DNA of 64,000 nucleotides from Candidatus Daviesbacteria bacterium (GTDB lineage Bacteria; Patescibacteriota; Microgenomatia; Daviesbacterales; UBA10151): NCBI GenBank assembly GCA_016184225.1, contig JACPDA010000005.1, positions 3,590 to 67,589 of the forward strand, read 5' to 3'. Shown piece by piece: positions 18,574 to 27,843 of this stretch (position 1 is its first letter; each line of letters starts with the position of its first letter). The notes under the pieces were generated by a model. It saw only the letters and a program-made list of their open reading frames with translations, ran no database searches and was not told where the DNA came from. The position numbers and the translations under genes were made by a program.

Positions 18574-19225
18574 GCTGCAATAATCTGGTGATGGGGGCAA
18601 GGGCGGTTATCTGTATCTCATCTAATGCCTTACTATCCATGAATGGCATCCTGGAAAATTGCGGTTTAGCAAAGCCGGCTTCCCTAAAAAGTTTTTGTAA
18701 ACCCCAGTATGTTTGTACACTGGGGTGATAATTCTGTTGGAGCTTGAATGAATTGCCTTTAGCCCATTCCCAGAGTCGTGAAACTGGTTTATTGGGAATT
18801 TCGAAAGCGGTTAGGCCATTTGGGACTAATACTCTTCTAGCTTCAGCAAGATATTGGGGGAAGTTGACCAAATGCTCCATAGCATCAAAGCTGATGATCC
18901 AATCAAAGGACTGATTGGGGAAAGGAAGGGTGTGTGCGTCTGCATTGACAAAATTTACCTCCGGGTAGCGCTGATGCCCCTTTTTGAGTTCATCCAGGTT
19001 TAGATCGAGTGCGGTTACATTGCTGCCACGGCGGGTTAATTCCGCAGCCATGGCTCCTAATCCACAGCCGACCTCTAGGATTCTGGTGCCAGGCTTTACA
19101 GCACCTGCATTATCAATAAGGCCTACCTGTTGTAGAAACAAAAGGTTTAATCTTAAGTCGGATTGATATCCTCTTTTTTCGACGAGAGCAATAAGCTTTT
19201 GACCTAGGTCTTTTTCTATAAACAT
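18506..19225 (-). CDS. Class I SAM-dependent methyltransferase
   Basis: Motif I ILEVGCGLGAMAAELTRRGSNVTALDLN; post-I acidic residue; motif II region. Confidence 0.75.
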   Translation of the reverse strand: MFIEKDLGQKLIALVEKRGYQSDLRLNLLFLQQVGLIDNAGAVKPGTRILEVGCGLGAMAAELTRRGSNVTALDLNLDELKKGHQRYPEVNFVNADAHTLPFPNQSFDWIISFDAMEHLVNFPQYLAEARRVLVPNGLTAFEIPNKPVSRLWEWAKGNSFKLQQNYHPSVQTYWGLQKLFREAGFAKPQFSRMPFMDSKALDEIQITALAPITRLLQLIPWHWWPQPLYPMFHAVTQRM

Positions 19226-19310
19226 TTCTGTTCCTTAATTGATTTAAATAATTATAGCTTACCTAAGACTAAAAATCAAACTATGGGGTTATTTTTAAAG
19301 GTTTTAGGGG

Positions 19311-21002
19311 TTGACGGTAAGAAAACTACCAGGTATACTACCCTATAATATGAGAACTTCTGTGGAGCACCGTCGCGAAAGAGACAATACCCCGCCGGAG
19401 GTGTTGACACTAATGAGAACAGTAGAGGCTTATCGTCAGAGACTTGCCGAGTATAAAATGGTTACCCCTGACAAAGGTGAAACTTCCCGGACGCAGATGG
19501 TATATCAAAGAGGACCTGTTCTGGCACCTTATATAGAGGAAATGCGTAATTTGTCGGTCGCTGTTCGTCACGCAGCGCAGTTTAAAATACAGGCACCTTG
19601 GATAGGAAATTATCTTCTGGGTGACATTTATACCCACCAAATCAGGTGGGTCTCGCTGGCAGACATTGAGCAGATGTCACTCCCTTTATCTTTGGTTAGC
19701 ATGAGTCAAATCAACCGGTTCCTGCGACGTTATCCATTATTAAAGTTTACCTTAAGTAAGTCTGCATTAGTAGCTCAGGAGACAGCAACCATTTTGCCGT
19801 CACTGGACATTGCCAACCCTCATAAAAAACGCTTAATTCCGCCGACGCTTCAGCCACTGCACGCCCGGATGACAGCCTACTTTGATTATTTCACCAATTT
19901 TATAACTGCTTCTCATCTGGATTCGGAGAGAGAAGAAAAATTTGTCTCTGCTGTTGTATCTGCTGGTCCGTACTTCCTGTCGGGTGTGGGGTGCTTTCTG
20001 CCGGCCCGCCTGGGCATTACTCCCTCATCTGCCTTGAAATTATTGGAAGAGAAAACTGTTTCTGGTCTCTATTCTTGGCAATGGGGGATTCTCAGAAAAA
20101 GAATGGAAAAAGAGGTCTGTCATGCTTACCCTGTGAACGGCTTTCCGGAAAATTTGCAGAAGTATCAACACTATAACCCCCAAGCGGATCAGAGAGCGAC
20201 TGAACTTCTTTTAAAAGTAAACAGCGAACAACCAGGGGGAGTGGTAGGAATTGATAATTTGTTTGAGAGACTGTGGCGTTATTGGAAAATTCTGCGCTCT
20301 GACATTTTTCGCTCCGACCGTAAATATCTTGAGTTTCCCCTTGATCATTCAGTTATCGACAGGTTGGAGGTAGCAAGTCAATATCGCCACTCGCTGACAT
20401 TTTTTGTGTTCTTCAAGGATAATCAAACCCACCTGACGCTGGAGGTAAGTAGAAATGGTCAAAGAATTTACGGCATCCCCAGGGCGTTACTTAGAGAGTT
20501 TCCTCATATTGGAGATGTTTTGGCTAAAGTTATTTTTGATCCGGTGCTGGATGATGCCCGTCGAAAACATCCTAATATCGAGCCTGCTCCCACCATAATA
20601 ACGGCAACTGTTCCCTCCGACAGGAACGGCGAGCAGGCGGATCTTGAGCCGGACGTACCGGTAAAACCTCCGAAGAGGAGACTTACCTTAGCTGTACAGA
20701 GTTTATTTCACGACTCTCCGCTTCCCCTGCCGGTTGAACCCAAAAACCGTCTTTGTGAAGTCCAATATTCCAGGACTTTGGTTGTTGAGTTGATAGGAAG
20801 GAGAGTGCAGGATAAGGTTATTGACAGAATCATGGCTACTTTGAGAGGCTTTGAATGGGGAGAGAAAAGAGCGAAAAGGTTGGCAGCTCTGCCGGGACTT
20901 TACCGGCTAAGAGTTGGAGACTGGCGGATTATACTGGAGCGTTTAGGAAGTGGGAATGCATATAGTATTTCCACTATTGATAACCGTGATAGCGTTTACT
21001 AG
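19311..21002 (+). CDS. Large hypothetical protein (563 aa) with a C-terminal RelE/ParE-like toxin-fold domain
   Basis: Last ~60 aa (...LPGLYRLRVGDWRIILERLGSGNAYSISTIDNRDSVY) fit the RelE/ParE signature; composition appears more GC-rich than the surroundings. Confidence 0.5.
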   Translation: MTVRKLPGILPYNMRTSVEHRRERDNTPPEVLTLMRTVEAYRQRLAEYKMVTPDKGETSRTQMVYQRGPVLAPYIEEMRNLSVAVRHAAQFKIQAPWIGNYLLGDIYTHQIRWVSLADIEQMSLPLSLVSMSQINRFLRRYPLLKFTLSKSALVAQETATILPSLDIANPHKKRLIPPTLQPLHARMTAYFDYFTNFITASHLDSEREEKFVSAVVSAGPYFLSGVGCFLPARLGITPSSALKLLEEKTVSGLYSWQWGILRKRMEKEVCHAYPVNGFPENLQKYQHYNPQADQRATELLLKVNSEQPGGVVGIDNLFERLWRYWKILRSDIFRSDRKYLEFPLDHSVIDRLEVASQYRHSLTFFVFFKDNQTHLTLEVSRNGQRIYGIPRALLREFPHIGDVLAKVIFDPVLDDARRKHPNIEPAPTIITATVPSDRNGEQADLEPDVPVKPPKRRLTLAVQSLFHDSPLPLPVEPKNRLCEVQYSRTLVVELIGRRVQDKVIDRIMATLRGFEWGEKRAKRLAALPGLYRLRVGDWRIILERLGSGNAYSISTIDNRDSVY

Positions 21003-21017
21003 GAAGCAGGTAGATAA

Positions 21018-21719
21018 TCATCTTCCAAGCAGGTTTTGAATGGGAAAATCAGGGTAGCCGTTGAGGAAGTCCCGCAGCGGTATAGCTTTTTTACCTTCCA
21101 TTTGGATTACACCCTTGGGGTGTAGCTTGACTATTTTCCCATGCCATCTGGTCCATGTGCCTGGCCAGGGATAATATGCCCTGATCATTCTGTCCAAAAT
21201 TTCCCGGGATGGAGGGTTATTGATATCAAAATAACCACTTTCTTTGGTCAGTAGGTTACAATGAGTCGCTATAGCGTGTCTTTGTAACTGAGGTTGGATT
21301 CTTCCTCGTACAAAATCTTGTATCACTTGGGGTAAAACCTCTGCTGAGTGCTGGAACATTTTTTTACTCAAAGTATCAAAAGTATCTTTATCAGATAGCT
21401 CCATTTCTTCCTGATAAAGTATTGGGCCATGATCTATCTCCTCATCCATCTTGATAATGGTAATGCCGGAAACTTTGTCACCGTTTAAAATAGCCGCTTG
21501 GATAGGAGATGGACCCCTATATTTTGGCAGTAGTGAAGGATGGATATTGATGGAGCCATATTTGGGGGCATTTAGTTCCTCTTTAGTGAGAATTTTCCCA
21601 TATGCTGCTACAACAGCTAAATCCGCCCTTTTGAGTGAATCCACCAGGGTAAAATGCTTTGCCAAAGCATCTTTGATGGGCTGGACAAAGCTGGGAGTAC
21701 CTAAAAAAGCTATTTTCAT
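21018..21719 (-). CDS. fmt: Methionyl-tRNA formyltransferase (short form)
   Basis: MKIAFLGTP..., HPSLLPKYRGPSPIQ formyltransferase motif; directly downstream of def. Confidence 0.8.
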   Translation of the reverse strand: MKIAFLGTPSFVQPIKDALAKHFTLVDSLKRADLAVVAAYGKILTKEELNAPKYGSINIHPSLLPKYRGPSPIQAAILNGDKVSGITIIKMDEEIDHGPILYQEEMELSDKDTFDTLSKKMFQHSAEVLPQVIQDFVRGRIQPQLQRHAIATHCNLLTKESGYFDINNPPSREILDRMIRAYYPWPGTWTRWHGKIVKLHPKGVIQMEGKKAIPLRDFLNGYPDFPIQNLLGR

Positions 21720-21720
21720 A

Positions 21721-21803
21721 ATAGTCGTCAGTATCGCTTCGCTTTCAGCTGTCAGCTTTCAGACTTAAAATAAAATGTCTGAAGACTGACGACTGAAAGC
21801 TAT
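21721..21803. repeat. Family-A palindromic element filling the def-fmt spacer
   Basis: ATAGTCGTCAGTATCGCTTCGCTTTCAGCTGTCAGCTTTCAGAC-12nt-GTCTGAAGACTGACGACTGAAAGCTAT. Confidence 0.8.
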
Positions 21804-22318
21804 ATTGTGACCTCCTGGAACACATCTGTTCCTGTTTTATCTTTGCCTGTGTACTTATAAAACTTACCTTTCTGCTCCAGCACCCGGTCTGAGAATAAAA
21901 TCCCGTTTAAGTGATCTATTTCATGCTGGAAGATCCAGGCTAATACCCCTTTTAACGGTACGGTAATGGTTTGCCCCTGGTTGTCAAGGTAGCTAACTTT
22001 AATATTGGTCGCCCTTCTAACTTCTCCCCACATATTCGGAACAGATAAGCAGCCTTCAAAATATTGTTTAGTCCGCTTTCCGACAAAGATGATTTTAGGG
22101 TTAATGACGGGGATAAATTTAGTAGTATCTTTAGCCACAAAAAAACTCTCTGCCAGTCCTACTTGAGTAGAAGCCAAACCCACACCCTCCGGCTCTTTAA
22201 AGGTTTTCGTGAGCCTCACCATTTCTCTTAAGGTATTTTTTAGTGCTTGGTTAATTTTTTTAACCGGCTTGGTTTTAACTCTTAATTTTGGATCTGGTGC
22301 TTTAACTACAGATAACAT
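21800..22318 (-). CDS. def: Peptide deformylase (start set at the internal MLSVVKAPDPKL)
   Basis: Motifs EGCLSVP and QHEIDHLNG; the def-fmt pair. Confidence 0.85.
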   Translation of the reverse strand: MLSVVKAPDPKLRVKTKPVKKINQALKNTLREMVRLTKTFKEPEGVGLASTQVGLAESFFVAKDTTKFIPVINPKIIFVGKRTKQYFEGCLSVPNMWGEVRRATNIKVSYLDNQGQTITVPLKGVLAWIFQHEIDHLNGILFSDRVLEQKGKFYKYTGKDKTGTDVFQEVTI

Positions 22319-22354
22319 GAAGGAATTGTAACATTTCTTTGTTATAATTGAAAA

Positions 22355-22660
22355 ATGAGCTACAAAGAACACTATATTCCTAGAACTCCAGAATTAGCAG
22401 CCGGGTTTGCTGCTTTTATGAAAGAAAAGGGGGTAAATATAGCCCGACTAACAGAGCATGCAGGAGTTAGTTACGAGTCAGTACGATTGGTCCTAGATCC
22501 GAATTTCCACACCAGGAGAAGATCGAGAGTTAGTAAGCCACTTTTTCTTAAAATGATAACATCCATGACTGACAACTTGGAAGAAGTGCGTCGGCAATGT
22601 GAAAAAGCCGCTATCCCTATATTCCGCTTACCCGGTGAGCAAATAATGACACTAGTGTAA
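22355..22660 (+). CDS. Hypothetical small protein, possible HTH
   Basis: ORF only. Confidence 0.3.
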   Translation: MSYKEHYIPRTPELAAGFAAFMKEKGVNIARLTEHAGVSYESVRLVLDPNFHTRRRSRVSKPLFLKMITSMTDNLEEVRRQCEKAAIPIFRLPGEQIMTLV

Positions 22661-22663
22661 TTT

Positions 22664-22924
22664 TCATTTTTGCTTTAATTGTTGCAATCTCCACATAAAG
22701 ATCCGGGCTTTGGATTTAGCGCTGTAATATCCTTTGGTAAAATTTAAGGCTTCCTCTAAGGTGTTGCGGTCAACCTCTTTGGCCAGTTTGATATAGAGTG
22801 AATAATGCTTGGTATCTTGCAAACTTTCAGCCAAATACACCCCATACATTTGGAATTCCTTGGAAATATTCTTAGGTCTATCCTTAAACTTAACTTCAGC
22901 GATGGCTTTTCCGATGGATTTCAT
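22664..22924 (-). CDS. Hypothetical small protein
   Basis: ORF; preceded by a family-A repeat that ends at its start codon. Confidence 0.3.
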   Translation of the reverse strand: MKSIGKAIAEVKFKDRPKNISKEFQMYGVYLAESLQDTKHYSLYIKLAKEVDRNTLEEALNFTKGYYSAKSKARIFMWRLQQLKQK

Positions 22925-22939
22925 AATAGTAGTCAGTTG

Positions 22940-23305
22940 TCAGCTGTCAGCTTTCAGACTTTTAATGAGTCCGGAAAGCATGGCGCTAATTTGATCAACT
23001 TCACTAATAATTCCATTGAGTGTTTTATCATTTGCCATCTTAAGGGTAATTGCAATTTCTAATCCGGCAATTACTTCATAAGCTGATCTCTGTGCCATTC
23101 TCAGAAACCTCCTGAATTCTGCATCTGATCCAGAACCAGATCCCTCTGCGATGTTTAAGCAAATACTTACAGCAGCTCTTCTTATTTGATCTACAAGACC
23201 ATATTTTTCTTCCTTCGGAAATTTAGAAGTAATCTTATAGGTGAGTGACACAAACTGAATTGACCGCTGCCATACTGTAAGTTTTCTAAATTTATGTGTA
23301 TTCAT
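22940..23305 (-). CDS. Four-helix-bundle protein (Avd-like), paralog 3 of 4, embedded between the two arms of a family-A palindromic element
   Basis: LTVWQRSIQFVSLTYKITSKFPKEEKYGLVDQIRRAAVSICLNIAEGSG...; repeat arms at 22929-22960 and 23306-23339. Confidence 0.7.
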   Translation of the reverse strand: MNTHKFRKLTVWQRSIQFVSLTYKITSKFPKEEKYGLVDQIRRAAVSICLNIAEGSGSGSDAEFRRFLRMAQRSAYEVIAGLEIAITLKMANDKTLNGIISEVDQISAMLSGLIKSLKADS

Positions 23306-23335
23306 GTCTGACGACTGATGACTGATAGCTGAAAG

Positions 23336-25390
23336 CTATTTTGTGTTTCCAGATCCAGTGGCCTCCTTCAGCTGGGCTAATGCTTCCAAATAATTGGGTT
23401 TTAACTGTATGGCTTTTTGAAGCGCCTCAATTTGCTCCTCCTTTTTATCAATACTTTCTAAGATCAAAGCTTTATTGTAGTAAAGTTTGGGGTCGGTTGG
23501 GGCCAACTTAATGGCCGCATCAAGTGTTTCCAGGGTTTTAGACAGATAGTTTTTATCAATGGGGGCCAGCTCAAAATAAGTCCGGACAGCTGTTCGGTAG
23601 AAGGAAACATTTTTGGGGTGCTCCTTTAAAACTTTGGCAGTTTGCAAGACAGCTTCATCTTTGAGGGTTGCAGAGAGGCTGGCATCTGTACTTTCTAAAC
23701 TGGCTGCCGACTCTGCGGCTGAGAATGCCAGCTCGGAGCGGTAAAAAGGCTCATTTTTATTTAAACTTGAAGCGACTGTCAGTAAATTGTATGCCCGGCC
23801 GGGATTACCTGCATCAGAGGACCGCTCACCTCTGGCAAAAAAGGTGTCAGCATACCAGAGCTGGAAGATGGAATACAGAAGATAGATTGCAGAAAAAATT
23901 ACGATGCCTTTGGCAATTTTGGTATAAATTTTTCGATGGTATAAGATAGGGTATAGGGTATAGGGTATAGGGTATAGTTTTTTAGGCCACTTGAAAGCCC
24001 TTAAGGAATCAGTGGCTACAAAGGCTAAAGCCGGGAAGAGGTAGAAAAAGATGGCAATAATGACAACGGAAAAAAGGAAGAAGTTGTAGATTAAGTAGGA
24101 GATGTAGGCAGCTAAAATTGAAGCAAGAATTATGAAGTATGAATTATGGTTTTGATCCTTAATTCTTGATTCATGATTCATAATTCGTTTGATACACCAG
24201 TATATAAATGTTCCAATAACCAACATGTATGTCCCGAATCCCACAATTCCGGTGGTAGAGAGATTATTTAAATACTCATTGTGGGCTTTGTTGTATAAAA
24301 AATCCCACTCACTTGTTAAGTTATGTTCAACCGGACGGTATTGGTAGTAGGAGTAGGCAAAAGTTTCTACCCCTGAGCCGAAGAGGGGATAATTTTTAAA
24401 TATATCTAAAGCCCCTTTCCAGACAATAAACCTGATTTGGCCTGATTCGGTGCCGCCGTTTTCCAGCTGTGTACCTGATTGGGCAGGTAAGGCTATGCTT
24501 GGTCTGGCCGGAGCTGCAAATTTGGAAATTAGCCTAAAGCTGGTCAAGGCAGAGCCAAAAAGGAGGTTGATGATTAGAAAGGATGTAATGGTAACGGCTA
24601 ATAATTTAGCATTGTCATTCTGGGGAGAAGCGGAGCGACGACTCCAGAATCGATTCTGGACAAGCCAGAATGACAGAAATACTGCCCCGCCTATCAGTCC
24701 CAAGGTTGGGCCCCGGGAATAGGTAAAGGTAAAAGCCAAATAATATGTAGTAAGTATTATGTAGTATGTATAAAGGGATAATTTTTTAGTCTCAGTTAAG
24801 AGGAAATACAGAGCCGGGAAGATCAGCATGGCTAAGTAGCTGGCCAGCCAGTTTGGTTGGCCTAGGGTGGCAAAAACCCGGGCCTGGACATCCTGGATCC
24901 AGCAGCTGGCATTGAATTCCCCCCTTAAAATTACACAAGAAGGAGAAACACCGAAATGTTCTAGGATTGCCCATAGGGAAATTATAAATCCGGAGGCCAG
25001 TCCAAATTTTAAAGTGGTTTTAACTTTCCCAAAGTCCATGTTGGAAACAAACGCCCAATATAATAATAGGTAGGAGATGATGGATAAAAGCCCGCCGTTT
25101 GAGCGGGAATAATAACCCCAAATTGAAGTGTGTGGATCAATGGAAAAAATAGTGGAAAAGATGTTGGCTCCCAGGAAAAGCAGCAGGGGAATATCAAGAG
25201 GAGTCCGATTAAAGATTAATGATTTCTGATTAATGATTTTAAGAAGCCAGGCCCCGACGATAATTACGGTCAAGCCGTAAACCAAAATCATCTTGTTGTA
25301 TTCAAAAAGCTCGTAATTTGCAGAGGACCAAAAAAACGGGGTGAGAAAAAAGAGGGCATAAAATGAGTAAGCGATTATTTTAGTAGCCAT
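23336..25390 (-). CDS. O-antigen ligase-like (Wzy_C) polytopic membrane protein with a C-terminal TPR domain; contains several in-frame heptamer tandem repeats
   Basis: More than 10 TM helices, a large periplasmic-type loop, C-terminal TPR repeats (...NKALILESIDKKEEQIEALQKAIQLKPNYLEAL...). Confidence 0.5.
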   Translation of the reverse strand: MATKIIAYSFYALFFLTPFFWSSANYELFEYNKMILVYGLTVIIVGAWLLKIINQKSLIFNRTPLDIPLLLFLGANIFSTIFSIDPHTSIWGYYSRSNGGLLSIISYLLLYWAFVSNMDFGKVKTTLKFGLASGFIISLWAILEHFGVSPSCVILRGEFNASCWIQDVQARVFATLGQPNWLASYLAMLIFPALYFLLTETKKLSLYTYYIILTTYYLAFTFTYSRGPTLGLIGGAVFLSFWLVQNRFWSRRSASPQNDNAKLLAVTITSFLIINLLFGSALTSFRLISKFAAPARPSIALPAQSGTQLENGGTESGQIRFIVWKGALDIFKNYPLFGSGVETFAYSYYQYRPVEHNLTSEWDFLYNKAHNEYLNNLSTTGIVGFGTYMLVIGTFIYWCIKRIMNHESRIKDQNHNSYFIILASILAAYISYLIYNFFLFSVVIIAIFFYLFPALAFVATDSLRAFKWPKKLYPIPYTLYPILYHRKIYTKIAKGIVIFSAIYLLYSIFQLWYADTFFARGERSSDAGNPGRAYNLLTVASSLNKNEPFYRSELAFSAAESAASLESTDASLSATLKDEAVLQTAKVLKEHPKNVSFYRTAVRTYFELAPIDKNYLSKTLETLDAAIKLAPTDPKLYYNKALILESIDKKEEQIEALQKAIQLKPNYLEALAQLKEATGSGNTK

Positions 25391-25464
25391 CAGTCGTCAG
25401 TCGTCAGTCGTCAGACAAATCAGAAAAATCTGAAAGCTGAAGGCTGATAGCTGACGACTATTAT
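25391..25464. repeat. Family-A palindromic element immediately upstream of the start of the ligase-like gene
   Basis: CAGTCGT x3 ... CTGAAAGCTGAAGGCTGATAGCTGACGACTATTAT. Confidence 0.8.
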
Positions 25465-25518
25465 CCTAACAGAGAGCAGCTGGCGGAGCAAGTAGTTGAC
25501 CCGCAAAATTGAACTCTT

Positions 25519-26648
25519 GTGCAGTTTCGGCTATACTACAAGTCAATTATGCTTGGACTTGAGAGGGCCACATTTGAAGCCATAGGTCAATGGGGTAAGT
25601 CAAACAGTCTCCGTTACGCTGTCATGGAGATAAACAGAGGATGCAATAGGCGTTGTGACTATTGTACGGTTCCTTCCCGGTGGAATCCGGCAGAGGAATT
25701 GACAGTTGCGCAAACCCGTAGGAATATCGACTGGTTATATGGTCAAGGTAGCCGGGCTTTAAGCATAGAGGGGGGGAACCACTTGAAGAATCTTTGTATA
25801 CTAAAGAGGGGATTCCTTTTTATGATCATACGCTGGCAGCAGTGGAATATGCTGCTAAAAAGAGAATGCTGGTAGGTATAGCCACTAACGGAGATGATCT
25901 TACCAGAGATAAAACCAGAGCCTTAAGAAAAAGTGGGCTCCTCAGTATGACACTCTCTCTTCATACTGAGACCAAAAAAGGTTTGGATCATTTAATTAAA
26001 GGAGGGAGAATGGCAGCCGAGGAAGGGATTATCCCGACAATTCAGGTGGTGGCGACCAGTCAAACAGCAGACAGTTTACCCGGAATTGCTGCCTATACTG
26101 TAGAGAATGGCATACTTATTAGCGCGACTGTTGTACAGGAAAAAGGAGTTAATTTTTCAGCCGTTCCAACAGGGGAAAGTTTAGTACCAAGCTTAGAACA
26201 ATTAACGACTGCATATAGAGGCTTACGCGGCTTAAAAAAATTCGGGTTAGTCAGAAACAACCGGAATTTTCTGTCTAGAAGCGATGAATATTTTCCAAAT
26301 AGATGGAAATGTGACCCAGAGAAGGATCATTTCATCCATATTGGTGCCGGAGGGACAATTGATGTGTGTCAAGAAGTCAGAACCAATTTAACGTTTGATG
26401 ATATCAGTGGCCTGAAAGACCCGGAATGGAGAAAACAAAAGGAGGCATTAGTTGAAGAGTGCAACTGTTTGTACCAATGCTATTTTGAAGCATCCAATCC
26501 TGATATTAAAGGAGATTTGACTACAATTGGTGTGGCCTTATTGATTAGAAATGGTGGAGCAGGTTTAGTCAGAAAATGGGGACAATTTGCGGCAGATAGA
26601 GTTAAGAGATTAGAGCCAGATATAGATTGGACTTTGAGTCTCAATTAA
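25519..26648 (+). pseudogene. Radical SAM/SPASM-type enzyme split by a -1 frameshift in a G7 homopolymer (25770-25776): ORFs 25519-25875 and 25794-26648
   Basis: CNRRCDYC (CxxxCxxC) in ORF1; the GGEPL motif and the rest of the radical SAM core continue in the other frame; one extra G (G8) restores ...SIEGGEPLEESLYTKEG...; Cys-rich C-terminus. Confidence 0.6.
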
Positions 26649-26678
26649 ATACTAGCCCTTAGGGTATTGAGGATGACT
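26648..26678. repeat. 30 bp direct repeat AAATACTAGCCCTTAGGGTATTGAGGATGA, left copy (right copy at 27360-27390), bracketing the vapBC module
   Basis: Perfect 30-mer present twice, flanking the TA pair. Confidence 0.85.
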
Positions 26679-26684
26679 ACTGTA

Positions 26685-27080
26685 TCAATTTTTAAAAAGT
26701 TTTAAGCCCTTAATTTTTTTGAAATCCTTTATATTTAAAGTGGCAAGGTTTAAGCCGTGAAGCATTGAGGTGGCGGCAATAATGGCATCAACAATTCCTA
26801 AATTATACCGGACACGGATTTCTCCGGCTTTTTCTGAAACATTTTCCTCTAACGGGAGTATTCTTATGCCGGCTAGAATATTTTTCAAATGATTTCGCAC
26901 AGACTCTTTTTCCCAAACGCTTTTACCGGCGTAACTTTCTGTATGGGTCAGGATGGAAGCGAATAGACTATGTTTGTTTTGAAACAACCTGTAAAGAATG
27001 GTCTGCTTTTTGTTTTTTAAACGCAGGTGATCAATAATAATTGAGGTGTCAATGAGTATCTTGCCCATTTTACCAGTCAT
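26685..27080 (-). CDS. vapC: PIN-domain toxin (VapC-like)
   Basis: ILIDTSIIIDHL... PIN acidic residues; overlaps the upstream antitoxin by 11 nt. Confidence 0.75.
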   Translation of the reverse strand: MTGKMGKILIDTSIIIDHLRLKNKKQTILYRLFQNKHSLFASILTHTESYAGKSVWEKESVRNHLKNILAGIRILPLEENVSEKAGEIRVRYNLGIVDAIIAATSMLHGLNLATLNIKDFKKIKGLKLFKN

Positions 27081-27315
27081 ACATCCTGGCTCTTTTTTTG
27101 AGCCCCGACCTCATTTTTTTGTAATCCTTATAATCTCTTTCAGTAAACCAATCAGTAGGGGCAAGCAGAATTTTTTCATAATTATCAGGCCTTTTTTGGC
27201 CGACTTTCTCTCTTATAACGGCAGAGAGGCTTTTTCTTTTTTTGGCAGCTTCCTCCTTGAGCCTTAAATAGTCTTCTTCAGGAAGCCTGATATTGGTTAC
27301 AACATAGTTATTCAT
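27070..27315 (-). CDS. vapB: Antitoxin (RHH/VapB-like) of the vapBC pair
   Basis: 81 aa, basic/charged; overlaps the PIN gene; the module is bracketed by 30 bp perfect direct repeats (26648-26678 and 27360-27390). Confidence 0.5.
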   Translation of the reverse strand: MNNYVVTNIRLPEEDYLRLKEEAAKKRKSLSAVIREKVGQKRPDNYEKILLAPTDWFTERDYKDYKKMRSGLKKRARMYDW

Positions 27316-27416
27316 ACACCACTATTGTATCATTGTATTGAAATTTGTCAAGATTCAAATACTAGCCCTTAGGGTATTGAGGATGATGGCTGATTATTCC
27401 TGGTATACTTAAGATT

Positions 27417-27518
27417 ATGGAAGGGAAGTGGCAGATAGAGTTGTATGAGAATGCCGAAGGGGAAAAGCTTGTTGAAGAATTTTTTGATTCGTTAGATAAA
27501 AAAGCCAAAAATAATTGA
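27417..27518 (+). pseudogene. Truncated HigB/RelE-family (COG4679-like) toxin remnant (33 codons, then a stop)
   Basis: MEGKWQIELYENAEGEKLVEEFFDSLDKKAKNN*, which matches the conserved N-terminus of HigB-type toxins; an intact HigA-like gene follows. Confidence 0.4.
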
Positions 27519-27559
27519 CCATTGAAAATATCGCAGATTTGCGATATAGTATATTTACT

Positions 27560-27835
27560 ATGAAAGATTGGAATGAACTTAAAAAAGAATGGCTAAAAGA
27601 CCCCAAATTTAGGAAGCTCTATGAGGACTCTCAGCCTGAGTTTGAGATTGCCAAGGCCATTATCCGGGCAAGGATTGAGAAAAAAATCACTCAAAAAGAG
27701 CTGGCTAAAAGAATGCATACGACTCAATCCGTTATTTCCCGGGTAGAACAAGCCCGGACCAGTCCCTCACTTTCTTTTCTAAAACGTTTAGCATCAGCCC
27801 TAAACGCTTCTTTGCAGGTTCAATTTAAGTTTTAA
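27560..27835 (+). CDS. HigA-like XRE-family HTH antitoxin
   Basis: ...KKITQKELAKRMHTTQSVISRVEQARTSPSLSFLKRLASALNASLQVQF, an XRE HTH. Confidence 0.7.
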   Translation: MKDWNELKKEWLKDPKFRKLYEDSQPEFEIAKAIIRARIEKKITQKELAKRMHTTQSVISRVEQARTSPSLSFLKRLASALNASLQVQFKF

Positions 27836-27843
27836 TTAATGGA

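Noticed and set aside
25770-25776. Programmed ribosomal frameshift in the radical SAM gene
   Set aside because: There is no slippery heptamer or downstream stimulatory structure of the usual kind. A homopolymer length error or phase variation is the more parsimonious explanation.
26648-27390. Integron attC sites flanking the vapBC cassette
   Set aside because: The 30-mers are direct repeats, not imperfect inverted attC-like sites, and no intI integrase is nearby.
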